38,577 bases of DNA from Acidimicrobiia bacterium (lineage in GTDB: Bacteria > Actinomycetota > Acidimicrobiia > Spongiisociales > UBA5794), in contig BTQS01000002.1 of the NCBI GenBank assembly GCA_036985995.1, forward strand, positions 1 through 38,577, given 5' to 3'. The notes beneath the pieces were generated by a model. That model saw only the letters and a program-made list of their open reading frames with translations. It was not told where the DNA came from and did no database searches. A program made the position numbers and the translations under genes. This document shows, in pieces, positions 24,994 to 35,361 of this stretch (the first letter of the stretch is position 1; every line of letters begins with the position of its first letter).

Positions 24994-25801
24994 GAGGAAC
25001 ATAGATGGTACGGGATTTCGATCACACATCGGAACAATCGTGTTCGATCTCGACGGTGTGGTCTACGTCGGATCGGTACCAGTCGATGGGGCTGCCTCAG
25101 CAATGCTCGAACTTCGTGATCGGGGATGGCAGCTGTTGTTTGCTACCAACAACTCGTCGAAGACCCCGACGTCGGTGACCGAAGTACTTCGAGACCGCGC
25201 TGGAATCTCCGTGGACCCGAGCGCGGTCATCACATCCGGTATGGCCGCGGCCGTCTACCTGAGGAACAACGGTCTGGAATCGGCGTACGTACTCGGCTCT
25301 CCGCAGCTCAAGGACACCGTGGAGACCTACGGAGTTGCCGTTGTCGAAAGTTCGACTCCTGACGCTGTGCTCGTCGGACTCGACAGATCGTTGACTTACG
25401 ACAAGATCGACCAGGCAGCCAGGGCAGTCCGCAACGGTGCTGCATTCGTCGCGACAAACACGGACCCGACCTTCCCGACATCGACAGGAGAGGTACCGGG
25501 GGCCGGAACGATCGTTGCCGCCGTAGCAACCGCTTCAGGGAGTCGATTCGTTACATGTGGAAAACCAGAGCGACCGATGATCGATCTGGTCAGCGAGCGA
25601 ATAGTCACAGAACGAGTCGTAATGGTCGGAGACAGACCAGAAACTGATACCGCTTTCGCTATCGCTGCGGGCTGGGAGTCTGTTCTCACACTTACCGGCG
25701 TAACAGCTACAGCGGACGACATTCCGCGGCATCTCGTCCCGAACCACGTTGTCGCTTCTGTCGCCGAATTGCCGGGAATCCTGGATGGGAGCTCGCAATG
25801 A
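24992..25801 (+). CDS. HAD-IIA family hydrolase / phosphatase (Rv1692-like)
   Basis: Motif I: IVFDLDGVVY. Also FATNNSSKT, CGKPERPM and MVGDRPETD. The gene precedes tlyA as in mycobacteria. The start is ATG 24992 or GTG 25040. Confidence 0.85.
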   Translation: MRNIDGTGFRSHIGTIVFDLDGVVYVGSVPVDGAASAMLELRDRGWQLLFATNNSSKTPTSVTEVLRDRAGISVDPSAVITSGMAAAVYLRNNGLESAYVLGSPQLKDTVETYGVAVVESSTPDAVLVGLDRSLTYDKIDQAARAVRNGAAFVATNTDPTFPTSTGEVPGAGTIVAAVATASGSRFVTCGKPERPMIDLVSERIVTERVVMVGDRPETDTAFAIAAGWESVLTLTGVTATADDIPRHLVPNHVVASVAELPGILDGSSQ

Positions 25802-25992
25802 GGGATAATGAAACCATGAACGACAACCGAGACGGGCAACAGACACAGGACACACGAACGGCACTCGAGGCACTTGCCGCCTCTGACCCTGCCCAGGCGC
25901 CTGAGATCGCAGAAGGGTTGACAGCGGGTCTACAGCGCGAACTCGACCCGATGACCGACGCTGATCGACAACGGCCTGAGTCATCGCCCTGA
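25798..25992 (+). CDS. Small acidic hypothetical protein (position equivalent to Rv1693)
   Basis: 64 aa. It has an ATGA overlap with the HAD stop, and its TGA overlaps the proposed tlyA CTG start. No recognisable domain. Confidence 0.4.
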   Translation: MRDNETMNDNRDGQQTQDTRTALEALAASDPAQAPEIAEGLTAGLQRELDPMTDADRQRPESSP

Positions 25993-26777
25993 CCCGTCGA
26001 AGACTCGACACCGAGCTCGTTCGGCGCAAGCTCGTCGAAAGCCGCACCGAAGCGAAACGCGCGATCGATGCCGGACTTGTCCGGGTCGGCGCAAACGCCG
26101 CACCGAAGGCCTCGACGCTTGTTGCGCCTGAAGAACCGGTCCATCTCGTCGCCCACCCTGAGCGGTTCGTGAGCAGGGCCGGTCGCAAACTGGACGCGGC
26201 TCTCGAAGCGTTCGGTATCAACGTCGTTGGGGCGCGAGCGATAGACGTCGGTGCATCCACAGGAGGATTCACGGATTGCCTTCTCCAGAGAGGGGCCGGC
26301 TCAGTAACGGCTGTAGATGTCGGATATGGACAGATGCATCGGCGCATAACGAGTGATGATCGGGTGACGGTCGTGGAACGTACGAACATCCGCACAGCGG
26401 ATCCCGAAGCGCTCGGTGCCCCGTTCGACATCATCGTTTCGGACCTCTCGTTCATCTCCCTGCGATTGGTGTCTCGACAACTCGCCGACCTCGGGCACGA
26501 GAGGGCACACTGGGTCCTCCTGATCAAACCACAATTCGAAGCAGGGCGCGAGGGTGTCGGCAAGGGCGGTGTTGTGTCTGACCCTGGTGTGCGAAGAGAT
26601 GCCGTTCTTCATGTAGTGGATGCCTTCGAAGAGATCGGGTTGGGTTGTCTCGGTGTGATCGAATCCCCCATAACCGGAGCGAAGGGCAACATCGAGTACG
26701 TGGCGTGCTTCCGACGCGGTCCCAGTACTGTCACATCCGATACGATCGAATCGACCCTCGACGGAGAGCCGGAGTGA
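25989..26777 (+). CDS. tlyA: 16S/23S rRNA (cytidine-2'-O)-methyltransferase TlyA, with a proposed non-canonical CTG start
   Basis: The S4 domain (L)TRRRLDTELVRRKLVESRTEAKRAIDAGLVRV is encoded in frame at 25989-26168. The FtsJ-like domain follows: AIDVGASTGGFTDCLLQRGA..VTAVDVGYGQ...DLSFISL...LIKPQFE...GNIEY. The first ATG/GTG/TTG in this frame is GTG 26169, which would delete the S4 domain. Confidence 0.85.
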   Translation: MTRRRLDTELVRRKLVESRTEAKRAIDAGLVRVGANAAPKASTLVAPEEPVHLVAHPERFVSRAGRKLDAALEAFGINVVGARAIDVGASTGGFTDCLLQRGAGSVTAVDVGYGQMHRRITSDDRVTVVERTNIRTADPEALGAPFDIIVSDLSFISLRLVSRQLADLGHERAHWVLLIKPQFEAGREGVGKGGVVSDPGVRRDAVLHVVDAFEEIGLGCLGVIESPITGAKGNIEYVACFRRGPSTVTSDTIESTLDGEPE

Positions 26778-27550
26778 ACAGCGTCAAACTTGTCGTGCGC
26801 AAGGACAGGCCCCAAGCCGTCAGTATCTCTGACCGCCTTGTCGGATTGCTCACTCAACAGGGTGTCTCGACAGCCGAAGGCGAGCCGGACGCCGTCATCG
26901 CGATCGGAGGAGACGGCACCGTCCTCGAGGCAGCATCAATCGCGATGGAGGCCGGGATCCCCATCTGCGGGGTCAACGTGGGCAGAGTCGGGTATCTGGC
27001 CGAGTTTGCCGAGGACGAGGTTGGAGACCTCGCAGTGGCGATCAGCACAGATTCGTTCAAGACCAGACACCACAGCACTCTGTGGGTTGGGACGCCTTCT
27101 CACTCTGCCTCTGCGATCAACGACATCGTCATCGAGAAGGTCATCAGCCAGCGGATCATCGAGGTGTCGGTCGAAGTGAACGACCGGGCACTGGCCACGT
27201 ACCGTACCGACGGAATGATCGTTGCATCGCCGCTCGGCTCTACCGCATACTCGCTATCGGCTGGGGGACCGATCGTCGATCCGAGCCTCGATGCGTTGAT
27301 TCTCACGCCCATAGCTCCACACAGCCTTCTCACACGGGCCATCGTTCTTGCACCCGATGCGGTCGTGACTCTGTCCGTCGATGGAGACCGGCCGGCCCGC
27401 GTCAATGTCGATGGCAGAGAGTTGTGCACGGTTGCTCCCGATGAGCCGATCGTCATCAAGCGCGGCAGAACGACCGTGGAATTTCTGACGCTCGAAAGAC
27501 ATCCATTTCCCCAGGCCGTGAGGGAGCACTTCGGTCTCGACCATGCTTGA
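26774..27550 (+). CDS. nadK: NAD kinase
   Basis: GTGA overlap with the tlyA stop. Translation: ...DAVIAIGGDGTVLEAA...GVNVGRVGYLAEF...NDIVIEK...YRTDGMIVASPLGSTAYSLSAGGPIV. Confidence 0.92.
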   Translation: MNSVKLVVRKDRPQAVSISDRLVGLLTQQGVSTAEGEPDAVIAIGGDGTVLEAASIAMEAGIPICGVNVGRVGYLAEFAEDEVGDLAVAISTDSFKTRHHSTLWVGTPSHSASAINDIVIEKVISQRIIEVSVEVNDRALATYRTDGMIVASPLGSTAYSLSAGGPIVDPSLDALILTPIAPHSLLTRAIVLAPDAVVTLSVDGDRPARVNVDGRELCTVAPDEPIVIKRGRTTVEFLTLERHPFPQAVREHFGLDHA

Positions 27551-29165
27551 TGAGATCGTCGTTTCGAATCTCGGGCTGATTTCGAGTGCCTCCCTCTCAC
27601 CCGCGGACGGACTCACCGTCATAACGGGGGAGACCGGAGCAGGCAAGACAGTGTTGCTGGGTGCGCTGAGGCTCCTCATAGGAGAGCAAGCGCCCAAGGG
27701 ACTCATAGGTCCTCACGGGGAGCAGACCGACGTATCGGCGCGTTTCGTCGGAACCGACGAGCACATCGCGAGGAGGGTCGTGACTGCCGGCAGATCCAGG
27801 GCCTATCTGGACGGAGCGATCAGCACGGCGTCTGCGCTCAGAGACGCCGTAGGTGGAAAGATCTCGATCGTAGGCCAGCATGACCGACACACGATCACTT
27901 CCGCTCAGGGCGTTCGACGCCTCGCGGACAACGCGCTGAGCACCACCGAACGCACACGACTCGATCTGTACGCGTCGGCATGGAACACGTTCAAGAACGT
28001 GCGCGACGAGGCTGATCAGCTCGGTTCGGACCACCGCAGTCTCACCAGAGAACTCGAGACGCTGCGCTTCCAGATAGCCGAGATAACCGACGCTGGTTTC
28101 GAACTTGGCGATGAGCAGAAACTTCTCGACCAGGTCAACAAACTCCGCAATTCCGAAGCTCTTGCTGACTCGATTGACACCGCCCTCAGCCACCTTGGTG
28201 ACGAGGGCGCCGGCGCCCAGATAGACGCTGCGGCTCGAGCACTCAACGGTGCCGCCTACCTGGACGGATCACTTCTCGATCTCGCAAGTCAGGTCGTGGA
28301 TGTGCTCGCCGTCGTGTCTGAGATGAACATCGAGGTCGCACGTTACGCGTCTGCACTTGAAGCCGAACCTGCGGTGCTCCAAGAAACCGAGCAGCGTGTT
28401 GCGTTGCTTTCGTCTCTGAAGCGAAAGTACGGCGATTCTCTCGAGGCAGTTCTCTCGTTTCGAAAAGAAGCTGTTTCCCGAGAGGTCGAGCTCGCTGAGC
28501 TGCTCGAGTCGGCCGATGACATCGCCGAGCGACTGCAGAAGGCGACCGAGCAGGTCGCCATCGACGGCGACGCCCTTCGGGCCGTGCGGCAGAACGCGGC
28601 GGACCGCATCGCAGTAGGAGCGACGCAACACCTCAAGGAACTCGGTTTCTCGGAGCCCTTCGTCGAGATCACGGTATCCCAATCGCCACCCATGGGACAC
28701 GGGGCCGACTCTGCAACCGTGTTGTTTGCCTCCGATGTCTCGCTGACCCCTGGTCCCGTTGCCTCGATCGCTTCTGGCGGCGAGCTGAGCCGACTTGTCC
28801 TCGCCCTCACGCTCGCTTCGGGTGGAGCGGAAGCTGACGTCGTCGCTTTCGACGAAATCGATGCAGGCATTGGTGGAGAGACCGCCCTCGCCATGGGTCG
28901 GAAACTCGCGTCCCTCGCGATGGGACGTCAGGTCATCTGTGTGACGCATCTGCCACAGGTCGCTGCATTCGCCGACCGTCACTACGTGGTGACACGCGAC
29001 GGGACGACGACCTCGATCACGGAATCGAAAGACGACGCCCGTACCGAGGAGCTCTCACGCATGCTCGCCGGACTCACGTCCTCAGAGAAGGGCAAGGAGC
29101 ACGCCGAGGAACTCCTGGCAGTGGCAGCAGAAGCCAGGAGCTGTGGATCATCGAAGGTGACCTGA
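27543..29165 (+). CDS. recN: DNA repair protein RecN
   Basis: Translation: MLDEIVVSNLGLISSASLSPADGLTVITGETGAGKT...(coiled coil)...ASGGELSRLVLAL...FDEIDAGIGGETA...QVICVTHLPQVAAFA. It overlaps nadK by 8 nt. Confidence 0.92.
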   Translation: MLDEIVVSNLGLISSASLSPADGLTVITGETGAGKTVLLGALRLLIGEQAPKGLIGPHGEQTDVSARFVGTDEHIARRVVTAGRSRAYLDGAISTASALRDAVGGKISIVGQHDRHTITSAQGVRRLADNALSTTERTRLDLYASAWNTFKNVRDEADQLGSDHRSLTRELETLRFQIAEITDAGFELGDEQKLLDQVNKLRNSEALADSIDTALSHLGDEGAGAQIDAAARALNGAAYLDGSLLDLASQVVDVLAVVSEMNIEVARYASALEAEPAVLQETEQRVALLSSLKRKYGDSLEAVLSFRKEAVSREVELAELLESADDIAERLQKATEQVAIDGDALRAVRQNAADRIAVGATQHLKELGFSEPFVEITVSQSPPMGHGADSATVLFASDVSLTPGPVASIASGGELSRLVLALTLASGGAEADVVAFDEIDAGIGGETALAMGRKLASLAMGRQVICVTHLPQVAAFADRHYVVTRDGTTTSITESKDDARTEELSRMLAGLTSSEKGKEHAEELLAVAAEARSCGSSKVT

Positions 29166-29203
29166 ACCGCGAATTCTGCGCTGTGGACTCTCAAAACGGG
29201 TTG

Positions 29204-29232
29204 TTCACTCCGAGGTGACGGACTGGTATCAT
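29204..29232 (+). promoter_or_regulatory. Candidate promoter of pyrG (TTCACT-17 nt-TATCAT)
   Basis: TTCACT at 29204-29209, a 17-nt spacer, then TATCAT at 29227-29232. GAAGGAG lies 5 nt upstream of GTG 29259. This is the only sizeable intergenic gap (93 nt) in this part of the window. Confidence 0.3.
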
Positions 29233-29249
29233 CCAACCTTCCGAGCTGA

Positions 29250-31442
<2,193 letters not shown>

Positions 31443-31456
<14 letters not shown>

Positions 31457-32330
31457 ACACGCGCCCGAGTTCCTCGAATCGATTCGATCCGAGCGAGGCC
31501 TGTCGGTCAACACCGCCGCCGCGTACCGGCGGGACCTCGTGCAGTACCAGGAGACGATCGACGACCACCCCGAGGTTCCACCAAGTCAGATCGTCCACAT
31601 CCACCTCGCCTCCCTACGAACCAGAGAACTGGCAGATACGTCCATCGCGAGAAAACTTGCGTCCATCAGGGCGTATCACCGCTTCGTCATCACAGAGGGA
31701 TACGGCACCGATGATCCGACCTCATCGATCGACAGCCCACGCCGTCCAACATCGATCCCAAAGGCCCTCACGGTCGAGGACGTGACGCGACTGGTTGAGG
31801 CACCAGACGTCTCGGGCCGCCTGGGGCGCAGAGACCGCTCGATTCTCGAGGTTCTGTACGGAACCGGGTGTCGCGTGAGCGAGCTCGTGAATCTCGATGT
31901 GCACGATATCGATTTCGAGACGAACACCGCGGTCGTGACGGGGAAGGGCAACAAACAACGCATCGTGCCCATCGGATCGTACGCTTCCGCTTCTATTTCT
32001 GCGTGGCTGCCCGATCGGATGCATATCCGAAAGGAGGGTACGGACTCCGGTGCGCTGTACCTCACCATCCGCGGCAACCGATTGTCCCGCCAGACTGTCT
32101 GGAGGATCGTCGAGAAGGCCGGTGCGACTGCCGGGATTCCGTCCGAAGATCTGTCGCCTCACGTGCTTCGTCATTCCGCTGCAACGCACATGGTCGAAGG
32201 AGGAGCGGATCTCCGTACGGTGCAGGAGATACTCGGACACGCAAGCCTCACGACCACACAGGTCTACACGAAGGTGAGTCCCGAGCATCTCCGAGAAGTC
32301 GTGCTCGTGAGCCATCCGCGAGGTCGATGA
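31443..32330 (+). CDS. xerD: Site-specific tyrosine recombinase XerD
   Basis: Translation: ...FLESIRSERGLSVNTAAAYRRDL...RDRSILEVLYGTGCRVSELVNL...LSPHVLRHSAATHMVEGGADLRTVQEILGHASLTTTQVYT. The start is uncertain: GTG 31443 (14-nt overlap with NUDIX), or alternatively TTG 31428 or ATG 31401. Confidence 0.9.
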
Positions 32331-32412
32331 CTCTTCGTTCGCGCGAGGTGCCACTAATCTGGAAACACCGCCGGCCGACATCCGCATTCAAGCAGGCAAC
32401 CTGGAGGAATCG

Positions 32413-32763
32413 ATGCCACCCATCGACATTGCGAAGACCGCCGCCACCCTCAAGGAGGAGCGCGCTACTCTGGTTCACCAACTCTCAGAACTCGGGGCGG
32501 ATGAGCGAGGTGAGCTCACCGGCGAAATGGACTACGGCGATGCTTTCGCCGACGCGGGTGCGGCGACCGCTGAGCGCACAGAAACGATGGGCATCATCGA
32601 GAACCTCAAGATGCGTCTCGACAACGTAGCGGCGGCGATCGAACGCATCGACGACGGTACGTTCGGCACCTGCAGCGTGTGCGGTGAAGCGATCGGCGAT
32701 GACCGTATGGAGTATCGCCCTACGTCTTTCATGTGCATCGATTGCAAGACGACATCGGAATAA
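32413..32763 (+). CDS. TraR/DksA family zinc-finger protein
   Basis: C-terminal C4 finger: GTCSVCGEAIGDDRMEYRPTSFMCIDCK. GGAGGA lies 4 nt upstream of the ATG. Confidence 0.85.
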   Translation: MPPIDIAKTAATLKEERATLVHQLSELGADERGELTGEMDYGDAFADAGAATAERTETMGIIENLKMRLDNVAAAIERIDDGTFGTCSVCGEAIGDDRMEYRPTSFMCIDCKTTSE

Positions 32764-32771
32764 CCAGTCCG

Positions 32772-33224
32772 GTGCACCTCGTACGTCGATTCTTCGGATT
32801 CTTGTCGGCAGAGCCGCTGACCCCTCTCGAGCAATCGGAAGTCAGCTCCATCCTCGAGCCTCCTCTCGCAAAAGCGTTCTTTGCACAACGAATCGAAGAC
32901 CAGAGGCATGCATACAGCGTGAAACTGCGAGTTGGACAAAGAAACGGCCTCTATGAAGCAGCGCTTCTCCACGACATCGGGAAGACCGATTCAGACCTCG
33001 GTGCTCTTTCCCGATCGCTCGCCACGGTGTGCAACAGCTTCGGAGTGCCAACGAGGGGAAGGTGGTTGGACTATCTCAACCATGGTGAAATCGGCGCACA
33101 TGAGCTAGAAATGCTCGGCGCGGGAGACCTTGCCGTCGTTTTCACTCGTCACCATCCGGGCGCTCCGCCATTGGGTGTCGAACCCGGGTCGTGGCACCTG
33201 CTCGAACGGGCGGACAACGCGTAA
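32772..33224 (+). CDS. HD domain-containing protein
   Basis: Translation: VHLVRRFFGFLSAEPLT...QRHAYSV...AALLHDIGK... (His..HD motif). I prefer the GTG at 32772, just after the dksA-like stop. The track ORF starts at 32733. Confidence 0.75.
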   Translation: MHLVRRFFGFLSAEPLTPLEQSEVSSILEPPLAKAFFAQRIEDQRHAYSVKLRVGQRNGLYEAALLHDIGKTDSDLGALSRSLATVCNSFGVPTRGRWLDYLNHGEIGAHELEMLGAGDLAVVFTRHHPGAPPLGVEPGSWHLLERADNA

Positions 33225-33302
33225 CAGGGGCAAGGGACGGATCGAAGTTCTTCTGCTCCCTGATACCAGACACCTGGTGCCCGACGGTTACCATGAGGGT
33301 TC

Positions 33303-34079
33303 ATGTCGTTCGAAGTTCGCACAAGAGTGTTCGAGGGCCCCCTCGACCTGCTCCTCCAACTCATCACCTCGCACCAACTCGTTATCACCGACCTCAGCCT
33401 GGCTGATGTCGTGAATGAATACGTCGCGTTCCTGGATGACATGCGTGATCTCGACCTCGAGGTCACGAGTGAGTTCCTGTTGATCGCGGCAACGCTGATA
33501 CAGATCAAAGCAAGACATCTACTGCCGGAAGATGAGCCCATCGATCTGGACGAAGAACTTGCACTCGCCGAGGAGAGAGACCGGTTGCTCTCCCGTCTGC
33601 TCGCATGTCTCACATTCAAGGACGTGGCCGCGGTGCTGCGTCATCGCATGGAGGCCGCACACAAGTACGTTCCTCGTGTCGTCGGACTTCCGGACGAGAT
33701 CACTCCGCCCAGACCAGACGTGATCGTCGATGTCGATGCCCACGGGCTTGCGCATATCGCTGAAATGGTGTTTGAGACACCGGATCTCGATCCGGATATC
33801 GATCACCTCGATCTTGATATGCCATCGGTGCAAGACGTCATGCTCGAGCTCCAGGCACGCATGTCAACGGTCATAACCTCTGACTTCGATGAGATCGTAT
33901 CCCACTGCACGCGCGACGTTGAGGTCGTTGCTTACTTCCTTGCACTCCTTGAATTGGCACGATGGGGAATCGTCCACGTGAGTCAGGACGAGCCAAACGC
34001 ATCGATCACCATGTCATACGACGATGAAGCCGCCGACAAACGTTTCCGAGCCATGCTCAGCGCCGAAGGAGAGGCATGA
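33303..34079 (+). CDS. scpA: Segregation and condensation protein A
   Basis: Translation: MSFEVRTRVFEGPLDLLLQLITSHQLVITDLSLADVVNEYVAFL...EFLLIAATLIQIKARHLLP. Confidence 0.92.
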   Translation: MSFEVRTRVFEGPLDLLLQLITSHQLVITDLSLADVVNEYVAFLDDMRDLDLEVTSEFLLIAATLIQIKARHLLPEDEPIDLDEELALAEERDRLLSRLLACLTFKDVAAVLRHRMEAAHKYVPRVVGLPDEITPPRPDVIVDVDAHGLAHIAEMVFETPDLDPDIDHLDLDMPSVQDVMLELQARMSTVITSDFDEIVSHCTRDVEVVAYFLALLELARWGIVHVSQDEPNASITMSYDDEAADKRFRAMLSAEGEA

Positions 34080-34654
34080 CCGACCTATCCACCATCCTCG
34101 AGGCGATTCTCTTTGTCGCCGAGGAGCCAGTCTCTGCAGCAGAACTAGCGGAAGTCACGGAGAAGCCACGTTCTGAGGTCGAGGAGACGCTCGCGGAACT
34201 CGCCTCGACCCTTGGATTCGGCCGCGGTGTCGTGCTGCGAAACGTCGGCGGCGGATGGCGGCTCTACACCCACCCTGAAACCTACGCATACCTGGAGCGG
34301 TTCGCGTCCACCGACCGTGCAAAACGTCTGTCCTCTGCCGCCCTCGAGGCCCTTGCTGTTGTCGCATACAAACAACCAGTGAGCCGTGGCCAGGTCGCGG
34401 AGATACGGGGGGTCGACTCTGAGCATGCACTCAAAACCCTGGAGCGGCGCGGTCTGGTTACCGAGATCGGTCGAGCTCCTGGGCCAGGTCAGGCGGTTCT
34501 GTACGGAACCACAGAGACTTTTCTCGAGAAGCTCGGTGTTCCTTCAATCACCGATCTCCCTCCGCTCGCCGACCACGTCCCTCCTGCGACGATTGTCGAG
34601 ACGCTGGAGCTTCCGATGCGACCGGAGACATCATCGAACGACTCAACAAACTGA
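34076..34654 (+). CDS. scpB: Segregation and condensation protein B
   Basis: Translation: ...ILEAILFVAEEPVSAAELAEV...GGGWRLYT...LSSAALEALAVVAYKQPVSRGQVAEIRGV. ATGA overlap with scpA. Confidence 0.92.
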   Translation: MTDLSTILEAILFVAEEPVSAAELAEVTEKPRSEVEETLAELASTLGFGRGVVLRNVGGGWRLYTHPETYAYLERFASTDRAKRLSSAALEALAVVAYKQPVSRGQVAEIRGVDSEHALKTLERRGLVTEIGRAPGPGQAVLYGTTETFLEKLGVPSITDLPPLADHVPPATIVETLELPMRPETSSNDSTN

Positions 34655-35361
34655 TCGCCCGGACGGGTTTTGCTTCGCGACGCAAAGCCGACGTGCTGAT
34701 CGCACAAAGCAGAGTCTCGGTGAACGGTGAGATCGCAACCGTGGGCCAACAAATCGACGTCATGCGCGATGCAGTTGCCATCGACGGAGTAGTTCTTCCA
34801 CTCAACCCCGATCTCAGGACATGGCTTGTGTACAAACCTGCGGGAGTCGTCTCCACGATGTCCGATCCACAAGGAAGACCCACCGTTCGGTCCTTGGTGC
34901 CAGCCGAACCCGTTACCAATCCGGTGGGACGTCTCGACCTCCATTCTGAGGGATTGATGCTCATGACAAACGACGGTGACCTCGCACTCAGGGTCACGCA
35001 TCCGCGCTACGGGATCGAAAAGACCTATCACGTTCTGGTGCGCGGGACGTTTTCGTCGAAGCAACTCAACCGACTGACCGATGGTCTCGAGCTCGATGAC
35101 GGAATCGCACGAGCCAAGAGGGCCCGCGTTGCCGATGCCGCTCGCGGAAGAACCGTTGTTGAACTCACGATGACCGAAGGTCGGAAGCGAGAGATCAGGC
35201 GTATGTTCTCGAAGGTCGGCGCAGACGTCGATCGACTGGTTCGCACCGCGATCGCGGGCATCGCCGACAGAACGCTCGATCCAGGCGAATACAGACCCCT
35301 CACCTTCGCTGAGATCCGCGAGATCTACGCACAGTCAGAAACCACAACCAACGATGACTGA
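34630..35361 (+). CDS. rluB: Pseudouridine synthase, RluB/RsuA family, with a proposed non-canonical (ATC) start
   Basis: The S4 domain IIERLNKLIARTGFASRRKADVLIAQSRVSVNGEIATVG is in frame from 34630. The catalytic region is VGRLDLHSEGLMLMTNDGDL...HPRYGIEKTY. The first ATG/GTG/TTG in this frame is GTG 34693, in the middle of the S4 domain. The exact start is therefore uncertain (ATC 34630 or 34633, CTG 34651, or GTG 34693). Confidence 0.85.
   Translation: MIERLNKLIARTGFASRRKADVLIAQSRVSVNGEIATVGQQIDVMRDAVAIDGVVLPLNPDLRTWLVYKPAGVVSTMSDPQGRPTVRSLVPAEPVTNPVGRLDLHSEGLMLMTNDGDLALRVTHPRYGIEKTYHVLVRGTFSSKQLNRLTDGLELDDGIARAKRARVADAARGRTVVELTMTEGRKREIRRMFSKVGADVDRLVRTAIAGIADRTLDPGEYRPLTFAEIREIYAQSETTTNDD

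Noticed and set aside
25027-25047. LexA/SOS-box-like GAAC-N6-GTTC (GGAACAATCGTGTTCGA) at the HAD/DUF1015 junction
   Set aside because: The actinobacterial SOS box has a 4-nt spacer (GAAC-N4-GTTC). This one has 6 nt and lies in probable coding sequence. I also found no SOS box upstream of recN, and no PafBC RecA-NDp-type TGTCGGTG motif in the window.
23992-25119. 375-aa ORF on the plus strand
   Set aside because: It is antisense to the DUF1015 gene, which carries the ADGHHR motif. The product is extremely Arg/His-rich with no recognisable motif. Shadow ORF.
25535-26563. 342-aa ORF on the minus strand
   Set aside because: It is antisense to the HAD, small-ORF and tlyA genes. The composition is Ser/Arg/Thr/Pro-rich with no motif. 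Shadow ORF.
34616-34654. Possible -1 programmed frameshift fusing an ATG in the scpB frame (34616) or scpB itself to rluB
   Set aside because: There is no X XXY YYZ slippery heptamer or downstream structure at the junction. Near-cognate initiation or an indel error is the simpler explanation.
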